Positions 49,548 to 58,992 of a DNA stretch of 64,000 nt are shown here, in pieces; the stretch's first letter is position 1; every line of letters begins with the position of its first letter. The notes under the pieces are model-generated. The model did not search any database. It worked only from the letters and a program-made list of their open reading frames with translations, and had not been told where the DNA came from. Where the stretch lies: NCBI GenBank assembly GCA_965206595.1, contig OZ242214.1, positions 5,248,001 through 5,312,000 of the forward strand. Direction: 5' to 3'. The stretch is from Candidatus Latescibacterota bacterium. Its GTDB lineage: Bacteria > Latescibacterota > UBA2968 > UBA8231. Position numbers and translations under genes: made by a program.

Positions 49548-49970
49548 GTGGCCTCGGAGTTCCGCACCCGGCGCCGCATCGAGTTCGAGGACACCGACGC
49601 GGCCGGCATCGTCCATTTCTCCCGTTTCCACGTGTTCATGGAGCAGGCCGAGCACGCCTTCCTGCGTTCCCTCGGACTCAGCGTGCACATGCATTTCGAA
49701 GGCGATCTGGTGAGCTGGCCGCGAATGGCCTCCTCCTGCGAGTTCTACGCCGCGGCGAGGTTCGAGGAGGTCGTCGAGATCCACCTGCGAGTGGCGCGCA
49801 TGGGTCCCCGGTCGGTGACCTACGCCTGCGATTTCTGGAAGGGGGAGGAAAAGCTGGCGAGCGGCGAGATCTCTTCGGCCTGCTGCATCTGCAACCCGGG
49901 CGAACCGATGCGGTCGATCGAGATCCCGGCCCTCGTCGCCGCGCGGCTCGACGAGGCGCCGCCGCGGTGA
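49548..49970 (+). CDS. Acyl-CoA thioesterase (4-HBA-CoA/YbgC hotdog family)
   Basis: RIEFEDTDAAGIVHFSRF...MEQAE motif. Confidence 0.9.
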   Translation: MASEFRTRRRIEFEDTDAAGIVHFSRFHVFMEQAEHAFLRSLGLSVHMHFEGDLVSWPRMASSCEFYAAARFEEVVEIHLRVARMGPRSVTYACDFWKGEEKLASGEISSACCICNPGEPMRSIEIPALVAARLDEAPPR

Positions 49971-50680
49971 GCCGCGACCGCGATCCCGATCGCGGCGGAG
50001 CCGGGACCTTCCGGCTCGAGGCCCGCGGCCTGCGCAAGCAGTTCGAGCAGGGCGGGCAGTCGCTGCGTGTCCTCGACGGGATCGACCTCAAGTTGGAGGC
50101 GGGCCAGTCCCTGGCGGTTACCGGCCCCTCCGGCTCGGGAAAGAGCACCCTTCTGCACATTCTCGGGACCCTCGACGAGCCGACCGGCGGGGCCGTGGAG
50201 ATCGGCGGCCGCAACCCCTTTGCCCTGGCGGAACCGGAGCTGGCGCGGCTCCGAAACGAGGTGATCGGCTTCGTCTTCCAGGATCACCACCTGCTGCCGC
50301 AGTACTCCGCCCTGGAGAACGTGCTGATCCCCGCACTGGCCTTCGGCAGGCCGGACGCCGCCAGGCAGCGGCGGGCGCGAGAGCTGCTCGAGCGCGTCGG
50401 CCTCGGCGAGCGCGCCGCCCACCGCCGCGCCGCCCTGTCGGGCGGTGAGTGCCAGCGTGTAGCGGTCGCCAGGGCGCTGATAAACGCCCCGCGCCTGCTG
50501 CTGTGCGACGAGCCGACGGGCAACCTCGATCGCGCCGCCGCGGGGGCCGTTGCCGACCTGTTGTTCGCGCTGCACCGGGATGAGGGGAACATCCTGGTAA
50601 TGGTGACGCACAGCGAAGAGCTGGCCGCCCGCTGTGAACGGCGCATCGAGCTGATCCACGGGCGATGCGCCGAACGCTGA
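49967..50680 (+). CDS. ABC transporter ATP-binding protein (LolD/MacB-type)
   Basis: GPSGSGKS, GFVFQ, LSGGECQR, DEPTGNLD and VTH motifs. Confidence 0.95.
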   Translation: MSRDRDPDRGGAGTFRLEARGLRKQFEQGGQSLRVLDGIDLKLEAGQSLAVTGPSGSGKSTLLHILGTLDEPTGGAVEIGGRNPFALAEPELARLRNEVIGFVFQDHHLLPQYSALENVLIPALAFGRPDAARQRRARELLERVGLGERAAHRRAALSGGECQRVAVARALINAPRLLLCDEPTGNLDRAAAGAVADLLFALHRDEGNILVMVTHSEELAARCERRIELIHGRCAER

Positions 50681-53600
50681 CGCATTTCTGGAAGATCAAC
50701 GCCGCGGTTGCCCTCGGCGCCGCGGTGGCGGCCGCGGCGCTGACCGGGGCCCTCCTGGTCGGCGATTCGGTGCGCGCCAGCCTCCGCTCCCTCGTCCTCG
50801 ACCGACTCGGTTCCGTCGATTGCGCCCTCGTGGCGCCCCGGTTTTTCCGCGCCGCGCTCGCCACGGCGTTGTCGATCGACGACGAGAGCGGCGCCGGTGC
50901 CGGGGTGGCGCCGGCCATCCTGCTCGAGGGGGCCGCGACCCACGCGCGTTCCCGGGCCCGCGCCTCGGTGCAGATCCTCGGGGTCGACGGCCGCTTCAAC
51001 GCCTTTTTCGGCGAAGCGGGCAGACTCCCGGCGTTGCACAGGCAGGGCCCCTTTCCGCCGGCGATACTGAACCAGGGGCTGGCCGCAGACCTCGGCGCCG
51101 CAACCGGGGACGCGGTGCTGCTGGCGCTGCCCCGCCGCGCCGAAGTGCCGCGCGCGACGGTGTTCGGGCGCCGATCCTCCGAGGACGTGGTGCAGACCCT
51201 GCGGACGGTCGTCGCCGCGGTCGTGCCGGACCGCGGACCTGGCGGCTTCGGGTTGAATCCCCACCAGGCGGCCCCCTACAACGTCTACCTCGATCTTGGA
51301 GACCTGCAGCGGGAGCTCGATCTCCCCGGAAGGGCGAACTCCCTTCTGGCCAGGTATCCGGGGGTTTCCGGCGGCATCGCCGCCAGGGCCATGCAACGGG
51401 ACTTGAAAACCGCCATCGGTCTGACCGACCTCGGCTTGGTGCTGCGGGAGCTGCCGGGCGGCGGCCTCTTCGCCCTCGAGAGCGAGCAGTTCATCCTCGA
51501 CGACGCGCGCGCCGACCTGGGGGCCGCGGTGGCCTCCGGGCTCGGCATTCCCTGGTTGCCGGTCTTTACCTACCTCGCCAACAGCCTGTCCGCGGGCGGG
51601 CGCTCGCTGCCGTACTCGACCGTCTCTGCGCTCGGCGAGAGCGCCTTCAGCGGCCGTTTCGGGGCGCTGTTCCTGGCCGGGGGCGGGCCGTTTCCGGGCC
51701 TGCGGGAAGGGGAGATCGCCCTCAATGAGTGGGCGGCCGCGGACCTCGCCGTTGCCGCGGGGGATTCCCTGTGCCTGGAGTACTTCGTCGTCGACGAGGG
51801 GGAGCAGTTGTCGGAAAGCTCCGCCCGCCTGCGGGTCGCCGGCGTTCTGCAGATGCGCGGCCTCGCCGAGGACCGCGAGCTGACCCCCCGGTATCCCGGT
51901 ATTCAGGAGGCCGGCGACATGTCGGCGTGGTCGCCGCCGTTTCCGCTCGACCTCGACCGCATCCGGCCCCAGGACGAGGCGTATTGGGACGAGTACGGGA
52001 CGGCGCCGAAAGCGTTCGTCTCCGAGGGGACCGGAAAAAAGCTGTGGGGCAGCCGCCACGGCAGCCTCACAGCCCTGAGGCTGGGCGCCAGGCCGGGGGA
52101 GGAGCCGGCTGCTGCGGCCGCGGACTTCGAGCGCGCCTTCCTCGCCGCGGTGCAGCCGCAGCAGCTGGGCATGAACTTCATCCCGGTGCGCGAGCGCAGC
52201 CTGGAGGCGGCCGAGGGGGCCACCGATTTCGGCGGGCTCTTCATCGGTTTCAGCCTGTTCCTGATCGCCGCCGCGGCGATGCTGATGGGCCTCCTGTTCC
52301 GGCTCGGGGTCGAACAGCGGGTGCGCGAGATGGGGCTCCTGCGCGCCGTGGGCATGCCGTTGGGGCGCGTGCGCCGGCGGTTCCTCGGGGAAGGTCTGGC
52401 GGTCGCCGCCCTCGGCGGACTGCTCGGAACGGCCGGCGCCGTCGCCTACGCCGGGCTGATGATGGCCGGGCTGCGCACCTTGTGGCGCCAGGCCGTCGGC
52501 ACGTCTCACCTATCCCTGACTGTCACCCCCGCTACCCTCTCAATCGGCTACGCCGCCTCGCTGATCGTCGCCGCCGCGGTCGTCGCCTGGACGGTGAGGA
52601 GCCTCGGACGGCTGGCGCCCCGCGCCCTGCTCGCCGGTGAAACCTCCCGGCCTTCGGTGCGCCGCGGAAGGGCCGCGTTCCTGTTCGCGGCTGGGGCGGC
52701 AGTCGCCGCGCTCGCCCTGTCCGCGGCCGGATCGCTTTCCTCCGCCACGACTGCCAGCGGGCTCTTCTTCGCCAGCGGGGCGCTGCTCCTCGCAGCCGGA
52801 GTGGCCGGGTTTGCGAGCTGGCTGAGAGCCGGAGGAAGGGCTGCCTCCGGGATAGTGCCGTCGACCCTCGGGCTGGCGGTCACATCGACGCGGCGCCAGC
52901 CGGGGCGCAGCCTGCTGGCTGCCGGCCTGGTGGCCTGCGCCTGCTTCGCCATCGCCGCGGTGGCGGCCAACCGCCGCGCCGGCCTGCCGGGAGCGGACGC
53001 ACTGGCAAAGGACTCGGGGACCGGAGGTTATGCCGTAAAGGCGAAAACCGACATCCCGGTGTTTGCCGACCTCGGTAGCGACGACGGGCTGATCGACGAG
53101 GGGTTCACCCCGGAGGAGCGAGCCATGTTCGCCGGCTCCCGGATCTTCCGCCTGCGCGGCTCCCCGGGAGAGGACGCGAGCTGCCTCAACCTCTACAAAC
53201 CGGCGCGGCCCACCCTTCTCGGCCTGCCTGCCGGTTTCATCGACCGGGGCGGTTTCCGGTTCGCGCAGGCCGTCCCGGAAGCCGGCTCCAACCCATGGGA
53301 GCTGCTCACGGAAGAACACGAACCCGGGGTGGTGCCGGCGATCGGCGACTACAACTCCGTGCGCTGGATCCTCCATTCCGGCCTCGGGGAGGAGATCCTG
53401 CTTGCGGACGAAGCTGGCGGCGAGCTGAGACTGCGCCTGGTCGGGCTGCTCCAGGGCAGCATTTTCCAGAGCGAGATCCTGGTATCGGAGGAACAGTTCA
53501 AGCGCCGCTTCCCGGGCGCCGAAGGCTACCGCTTTTTCCTGGCCGAGGCGGGAAACCAGGAGCCGGCCGAGACCGCCGCCCTGCTCGAACGGCGCCTGGA

Positions 53601-54045
53601 GACGTACGGCCTGGAGGCGACGGCCACTGCCTCACTGCTGGCGCGCTTCGGGGCGGTCGAGAACACCTACCTGTCGACCTTCCAGACCCTGGGCGGGTTC
53701 GGGCTGTTGCTGGGAACGGTCGGGCTGGCCCTGGTGCTGCTGCGCAACGCCATCGAGCGCAGCGGCGAGCTGGCGGCCTGGCGCGCCTGCGGGTTCAGCT
53801 GCGCGCGCCTGCGGACCATCCTGGTGCTGGAGAATACGTTCCTGCTGCTGGCCGGGGCCGCCATCGGAACGGTTGCCGCCCTCGTCGCCGTCGCACCTCA
53901 TCTGGTCGTGCACCTGAGCGGCGTTCCCTGGGGATCGCTGGCGGCGACGCTGGGGGCGGTGCTGGCTTTCGGGGTTTGCGCCGCCGCGGCCGTTTCGGGG
54001 TTCGTCCTGCGCCAGCCGCTGCTGCCGGCCTTGAAAAGGGAGTAA
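50665..54045 (+). CDS. Large duplicated FtsX/MacB-type ABC permease
   Basis: Two permease modules (EQRVREMGLLRAVG and ERSGELAAWRACGF) with large periplasmic domains; 1126 aa. Confidence 0.9.
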   Translation: MRRTLTHFWKINAAVALGAAVAAAALTGALLVGDSVRASLRSLVLDRLGSVDCALVAPRFFRAALATALSIDDESGAGAGVAPAILLEGAATHARSRARASVQILGVDGRFNAFFGEAGRLPALHRQGPFPPAILNQGLAADLGAATGDAVLLALPRRAEVPRATVFGRRSSEDVVQTLRTVVAAVVPDRGPGGFGLNPHQAAPYNVYLDLGDLQRELDLPGRANSLLARYPGVSGGIAARAMQRDLKTAIGLTDLGLVLRELPGGGLFALESEQFILDDARADLGAAVASGLGIPWLPVFTYLANSLSAGGRSLPYSTVSALGESAFSGRFGALFLAGGGPFPGLREGEIALNEWAAADLAVAAGDSLCLEYFVVDEGEQLSESSARLRVAGVLQMRGLAEDRELTPRYPGIQEAGDMSAWSPPFPLDLDRIRPQDEAYWDEYGTAPKAFVSEGTGKKLWGSRHGSLTALRLGARPGEEPAAAAADFERAFLAAVQPQQLGMNFIPVRERSLEAAEGATDFGGLFIGFSLFLIAAAAMLMGLLFRLGVEQRVREMGLLRAVGMPLGRVRRRFLGEGLAVAALGGLLGTAGAVAYAGLMMAGLRTLWRQAVGTSHLSLTVTPATLSIGYAASLIVAAAVVAWTVRSLGRLAPRALLAGETSRPSVRRGRAAFLFAAGAAVAALALSAAGSLSSATTASGLFFASGALLLAAGVAGFASWLRAGGRAASGIVPSTLGLAVTSTRRQPGRSLLAAGLVACACFAIAAVAANRRAGLPGADALAKDSGTGGYAVKAKTDIPVFADLGSDDGLIDEGFTPEERAMFAGSRIFRLRGSPGEDASCLNLYKPARPTLLGLPAGFIDRGGFRFAQAVPEAGSNPWELLTEEHEPGVVPAIGDYNSVRWILHSGLGEEILLADEAGGELRLRLVGLLQGSIFQSEILVSEEQFKRRFPGAEGYRFFLAEAGNQEPAETAALLERRLETYGLEATATASLLARFGAVENTYLSTFQTLGGFGLLLGTVGLALVLLRNAIERSGELAAWRACGFSCARLRTILVLENTFLLLAGAAIGTVAALVAVAPHLVVHLSGVPWGSLAATLGAVLAFGVCAAAAVSGFVLRQPLLPALKRE

Positions 54046-54093
54046 CCGCGTACCGGTCGTCCCCGGAAGCAGCGGTTCGAATCGAGGTAAGAA

Positions 54094-55086
54094 ATGGTGA
54101 CAGAAAGCCACGCGTCCACGATCGCCGTCGACGGTCTCTCGAAGACCTACCGGGTTCCGGTGCGCCAACCGGGACTGGCCAATGCCTTCAAGAGCATCTT
54201 CAGACGCGAGACCCGCGAAGTCGAGGCGGTAAGGGAGATCTCGTTCTCCGTCGCAGCCGGGGAGGTGGTCGGCTTCCTGGGGCCCAACGGGGCGGGCAAG
54301 ACGACGACTCTCAAGATGCTGTCCGGCCTGCTCAATCCCGACGCCGGGAGGGCATCCGTTCTCGGACACGAACCGTACGGCCGCGAGCGCGATTTCCTCA
54401 GGCAGATCACCCTGGTCATGGGGAATCGAAACCAGCTGATCTGGGACATTCCCGTTTCCGATTCGTTCGAGCGCAATCGCGCCATCTACCGGCTGCCGTC
54501 CGCATCGTTCCAGGAAACAGTGGCAGGCCTGACCGACCTGCTCGAACTCGGAGAGTTGCTCGACAAACCGGTGCGCAACCTCTCCCTTGGGGAGCGGATG
54601 AAGTGTGAAATCGCCGCGGCGCTGCTGCACAGACCGAAGATCCTCTTTCTCGACGAACCGACCATCGGACTCGACGTCACCATGCAGCGCCGGATTCGCG
54701 CCTTTATCGCCGAGTATAACCGGATCTTCAACGCCACTGTCCTGTTGACGAGCCACTACATGGCCGATGTCGAAGCCCTCTGCCAGCGCGTCATCGTCAT
54801 CCACCACGGGCAGCTGCTGTTCGACGGCGACCTCGCGGACCTCGTGGAGCGTTTCGCTCCCCACAAGACGATTGTCGTCGAGCTGGAAAAGGAAGGAGTC
54901 GACGTGACCCGGTTCGGGCAAGTGGTCGGCAGCGAAGGCTTGCGGCACACCCTGCTGGTGCCCAAGGAGGAGACCGCGCGCGTCACCGGTGAACTGCTGG
55001 CTGAACTGCCGGTGGCCGACCTCACGGTCGAAGATCCCCCGATCGAGGAAGTGATCGAACAGGTGTTCGCGGAGGAGGCGCCATGA
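54094..55086 (+). CDS. ABC transporter ATP-binding protein
   Basis: GPNGAGKTT, LSLGERMK, LDEPTIGLD and TSH motifs. Confidence 0.95.
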   Translation: MVTESHASTIAVDGLSKTYRVPVRQPGLANAFKSIFRRETREVEAVREISFSVAAGEVVGFLGPNGAGKTTTLKMLSGLLNPDAGRASVLGHEPYGRERDFLRQITLVMGNRNQLIWDIPVSDSFERNRAIYRLPSASFQETVAGLTDLLELGELLDKPVRNLSLGERMKCEIAAALLHRPKILFLDEPTIGLDVTMQRRIRAFIAEYNRIFNATVLLTSHYMADVEALCQRVIVIHHGQLLFDGDLADLVERFAPHKTIVVELEKEGVDVTRFGQVVGSEGLRHTLLVPKEETARVTGELLAELPVADLTVEDPPIEEVIEQVFAEEAP

Positions 55087-55886
55087 GGGCGCTGGGCCGC
55101 ATCTACGGCGTCCTGTTGAAGACCGACCTGGCGGAGATGATGCAGTACCGGGCGGCGATGCTGATCTATCTCATCGGCGGGGTGCTGCAACCGGTCGTCT
55201 ACCTCGTGGTCTGGCTGACGGTTGCCGAAGCCAGGGGAGGTACTGTCGGCGACTTCGACAAGGGGGAGCTTGCCGCCTACTACATCGCCTTCATGCTGGT
55301 CAGCCACGTGACCTTCGATTGGCACATGTTCGAGATGGGATGGCGCGTCCGCAGCGGCTCCTTTTCCCCCATTCTGTTGCAACCGCTGCACCCGCTGCAC
55401 CGGGACCTTTCCGAGAACGTGTCGTACAAACTGCTGACCCTGTCGGTCATGGTTCCGGTTGCCGCTCTCCTCGTCTGGTTCTTCGAACCGGCGTTCCCGG
55501 CATCGGCCTGGGCCTGGGTCGCTTTTGTGCCCGCCCTGGTGCTCGCCTTTCTCGTGCGCTTCCTGGTCGAATGGACGGTTGCCCTTCTCGCCTTCTGGAT
55601 CACCGACACGTCCGGCTTGAACCAGGTCTACTACATTTCGGTAACCTTCCTGGCCGGAAGAATGGCGCCCCTGTCGCTGATGCCGGAGTGGGTGCAGAAC
55701 GCCGCGGCGCTGCTGCCTTTCAAGTGGATGGTGGCGTTTCCGGTCGAGCTTCTTCTCGGGCGTCTGACCCCGCGGGAAGCGATCGACGGATTCATCGCCC
55801 AGGGGGCCTGGCTGGTCCTGGCGCTGGCGCTACTGAGCCTGTCCTGGAGCCGCGCCGTGAAGAGATATTCGGCGGTGGGAGCATGA
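55083..55886 (+). CDS. ABC-2 family permease (DUF990-like)
   Basis: QYRA, G.FS..LLQP and terminal YSAVGA. ATGA coupling. Confidence 0.88.
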   Translation: MRALGRIYGVLLKTDLAEMMQYRAAMLIYLIGGVLQPVVYLVVWLTVAEARGGTVGDFDKGELAAYYIAFMLVSHVTFDWHMFEMGWRVRSGSFSPILLQPLHPLHRDLSENVSYKLLTLSVMVPVAALLVWFFEPAFPASAWAWVAFVPALVLAFLVRFLVEWTVALLAFWITDTSGLNQVYYISVTFLAGRMAPLSLMPEWVQNAAALLPFKWMVAFPVELLLGRLTPREAIDGFIAQGAWLVLALALLSLSWSRAVKRYSAVGA

Positions 55887-56668
55887 GCATCCTGCGGCTG
55901 CTCTGCGTCTTCTTTCGCATCGGTCTGCTCAACGAGCTGCAGTACCGGGCGAATTTCCTGCTTCAGCTGTTCAAGACCGCCTTCAACTTCGCCTGGTCGA
56001 TCGGGGCGGTCGCCGTCGTTTTCGCGCATACGGACGATCTCAACGGCTGGCAGCCTGCCGAAGTAGTCGCCCTGCTCGGGGTGTTCGTGCTGATGGGGGG
56101 ACTGATCGGCGTCGTGGTTCAGCCGAGTATGGAGAAATTCATCGAAGACGTGCGGGAAGGGACCCTCGATTTCACCCTGACCAAGCCGGAGGAAGCGCAA
56201 GTGCTGGTCAGTGTCGGCCAGGTGCGGATCTGGCGCCTCCTCGACGTCGTCGCCGGTCCCGTCATCATCGCCGCGGCCCTGCACCACCTGGGGCGCGGCG
56301 TCGGCCCGGAGGCGGCGGTGAAATTCGGCGTCGCGCTGTCAGCCGGGAGCGTGATCATGTACAGCTTCTGGCTGATTCTGGCGACCATCTCGTTCTGGTT
56401 CATCCGCATCGAGAACATACTGATGATTTTTCACGGCATGTACGACGCGGCGCGCTGGCCGGTCACCATCTACCCGGGGTGGCTGCGGGCGGCGCTGACG
56501 TTCCTCGTTCCGGTGACCTTTGCGGTTACCGTGCCGGCGCAGGCGTTGGTGGGGCGCCTGACTGCGGACTTCCTGATCGCTACCGTAGCGCTTGCCCTGG
56601 TCCTGCTCGCCGGCTCGCGGCTGTTCTGGAAAATCGGGGTGCGCCACTATTCCGGCGCCTCGGCGTGA
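55883..56668 (+). CDS. ABC-2 family permease (DUF990-like)
   Basis: QYRANF, GTLDF.LTKP, P..IYP and terminal YSGASA. Confidence 0.88.
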   Translation: MSILRLLCVFFRIGLLNELQYRANFLLQLFKTAFNFAWSIGAVAVVFAHTDDLNGWQPAEVVALLGVFVLMGGLIGVVVQPSMEKFIEDVREGTLDFTLTKPEEAQVLVSVGQVRIWRLLDVVAGPVIIAAALHHLGRGVGPEAAVKFGVALSAGSVIMYSFWLILATISFWFIRIENILMIFHGMYDAARWPVTIYPGWLRAALTFLVPVTFAVTVPAQALVGRLTADFLIATVALALVLLAGSRLFWKIGVRHYSGASA

Positions 56669-56781
56669 GGGGGGTCGGGTGCCGCCGCGGTTGCGGTATC
56701 AGAATTTAACCCTGCGCCAGCCGCTGCAGCCTGCCTTTAAAGGGAGCAGCCGAGAGCCGAGAGGGGAGAGAAAGAAGCCAA

Positions 56782-57622
56782 ATGGCAACGACTATCGTGT
56801 GTTGGAACATTGGAGGGAGGAGGAAGCCTTGGAATGAATTGCTGGAGATGGACGCGGACATCGGGATGCTGCAGGAAGTGCGTACCGTTCCACCCATAGG
56901 CCCACCGGTGGAAGTTCGCCCGGGAGGGCTAAGCGATCCTTGGGGTAAGGACAGTAGCTATACCCGCTGGCCGCTGGTCGTGAAGCTATCCGACCGCGTT
57001 CAGGTCGAATGGTTCAAACCGATTTTGCCTGTGAAGGCTGCGGGTTCAGACGAGATGGTGGTTACCGGAATGGGCAGGTCGCAGCCGCCCGGATCATTCC
57101 ACCTGACCAGGACCCATTTATAGTAGTATCGATGTACGCCAGATGGATCAAACCGCACGTCTCGGTAAAAACCCGGTGGCGAGTCGGCTATGTCGATGCC
57201 TCCGCGCATGTGATTATATCCGATTTGTCGGCCTTCATTGGCGATCTTGATCCCGGCACTCACCGCATCCTGGCAGCAGGTGATCTGAACACCTTCTACG
57301 GGTCAACGGACGAACAGAAGGTCTGCCGGACCGAGACCGAACGGTATTTGAGCGAATGAATGCCCTTGGCCTGGAGTTCATGGGGCCTCAATACCCGAAC
57401 GGACGGCGCGCGGACCCCACCCCCGAAGGTTTGCCGGATGACACCCGGAATGTCCCGACCTACTACAACACCCATGAGAGAACACCCAGGGGGGCACAGA
57501 ATCAGGTCGATTGCGTCTTCGCCTCCCGGGGCTTTCACGACAGCGTGGGCGTCAGGGCCCTGAATGACCCGGATCAATGGGGTTCCAGCGACCACTGCAG
57601 GCTGTTGATGGAAGTCGGATAG
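56782..57622 (+). pseudogene. Endonuclease/exonuclease/phosphatase (EEP) family protein split by two frameshifts (near 57076 and 57320)
   Basis: WNI and LQE in the first frame, AGDLN in the second, PTY, DCVF and SDH in the third, in the expected order. Confidence 0.8.
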
Positions 57623-57707
57623 GTGGGCCTGAAAAACACCCGCCCGAGGGTCAAACGAGCGGCCGCGGACCGAATCCGATCGGTGCGCCCCTTTGTGACT
57701 TGTGGAT

Positions 57708-58100
57708 TTACTCGTTTTCTGTAGACGGGGTAATAAGACTGAGCTTTCCCGACCGATCAACGCCGAAAATAAACGGCCGCGGCGTCGTAGCGAAGGAGCT
57801 CTCCATCTTCTCCAGCGCCAAGACAAGGAGCTTCAGGTATTGCCAGCGGGTTGGGTCTTTTTTCTGCGTGAGGAAGAAGCAACCGACATTGTTTTGGAGG
57901 ATGGCTCGCCGTTCCCCTGGACGGGTCCTGATCTTTTTGTCGCGGGTGATTACGAGCCAGCTCTTGGCACCTGCTACCGGCAGCCAATCAGTGTCCTTGG
58001 TGTCGTGCTGGAAGCGATCCTCCAACCAGAGTACATCATCTCGCACCGCTTTGAGCGCAGTGGCAACACTCTTGGGGATCGAGCGATCTATAAAGATCAT
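57708..58100 (-). CDS. VapC45-like PIN-domain toxin
   Basis: FIDRSI...D.DWL..AG...WLVITRDKKIR..P.E motif. Overlaps the antitoxin stop. Confidence 0.8.
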   Translation of the reverse strand: MIFIDRSIPKSVATALKAVRDDVLWLEDRFQHDTKDTDWLPVAGAKSWLVITRDKKIRTRPGERRAILQNNVGCFFLTQKKDPTRWQYLKLLVLALEKMESSFATTPRPFIFGVDRSGKLSLITPSTENE

Positions 58101-58771
58101 GCAGCACGTTGCAACTCAAACTGAAGCGCCCGCTCTACATGAAGCGGTTCGATATTGAAGTCCGCTGAGATCTGCTCGTACAGGTCGCCCGCTTTGAACC
58201 GCTCCAGGATGATCTCGGTGCGAACTCCGGATGTTGCTACTACAGGAAAGCCGAAACCGTATTCCGGATCGATGACAACGGGGGTGCTGCGTCCCAAGGG
58301 CCACCAGCGCGCTACAAGTTCGTCGGCGTACTCCAACTCCTCCAGGAACGGCTCCAGCACCTCGTTCCACGTCTGCATCCGCTTCTTTCGCCCCACTTCG
58401 ATCAGGATATCTTCACGATCAACAAACACCTCGCGCCCGCCCGTCTTGAATCGCAAGGTCGCCAGTGGACGTGGAGCCTCCAGAATTTCTTGGCAATTGA
58501 GGACTATCTCGCGAATCATCCGAAGCGAAAAGCCCATCTCTTTCAAGCGTCCGATAGCGGCAATTTCCACGAGATCGGTAAACGAGACGATCTCGTGCTT
58601 TTCTTCCCTTTGGACGCCGGGAGTGACAGGTGGTCGGACAACCCGCTGGCCGCGGGTATCGAAATAGGTATACCCCTCGAGCCAGCGCTTTCCCGTACCA
58701 CGGCTCACGTGGGCGAGATGGTCGGCATCCGCAAAGCTGTATAGAGGCCGGATAGCAAGTGTATCGTTCAC
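58097..58771 (-). CDS. VapB45-like antitoxin (HTH + DUF433)
   Basis: PLYSF.DA, SF.DLVE, and DUF433-like VVIDP...FG.PV...GVRTE.I.ERF.AG......ADF. Confidence 0.82.
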   Translation of the reverse strand: MNDTLAIRPLYSFADADHLAHVSRGTGKRWLEGYTYFDTRGQRVVRPPVTPGVQREEKHEIVSFTDLVEIAAIGRLKEMGFSLRMIREIVLNCQEILEAPRPLATLRFKTGGREVFVDREDILIEVGRKKRMQTWNEVLEPFLEELEYADELVARWWPLGRSTPVVIDPEYGFGFPVVATSGVRTEIILERFKAGDLYEQISADFNIEPLHVERALQFELQRAA

Positions 58772-58992
58772 TGCTCTTCTCCTATCCGTTTACCTGCAGC
58801 ATAAGTTTGTGGGACCCTGCCATGCCAGGATCGAATTTATAGTTCTACTGACGGCTTTGGCGGGCTGTCCCCCGACAGTTTTCCCTCCTGCCTGCCTGAC
58901 CCAATCCGGGGTCTGACGAGCCCGTTGGTGGTAAAAACATACACCGCCTCAAAAACCTTGGAAATACATGAGGCATCAACCAAAAGGTGGAA

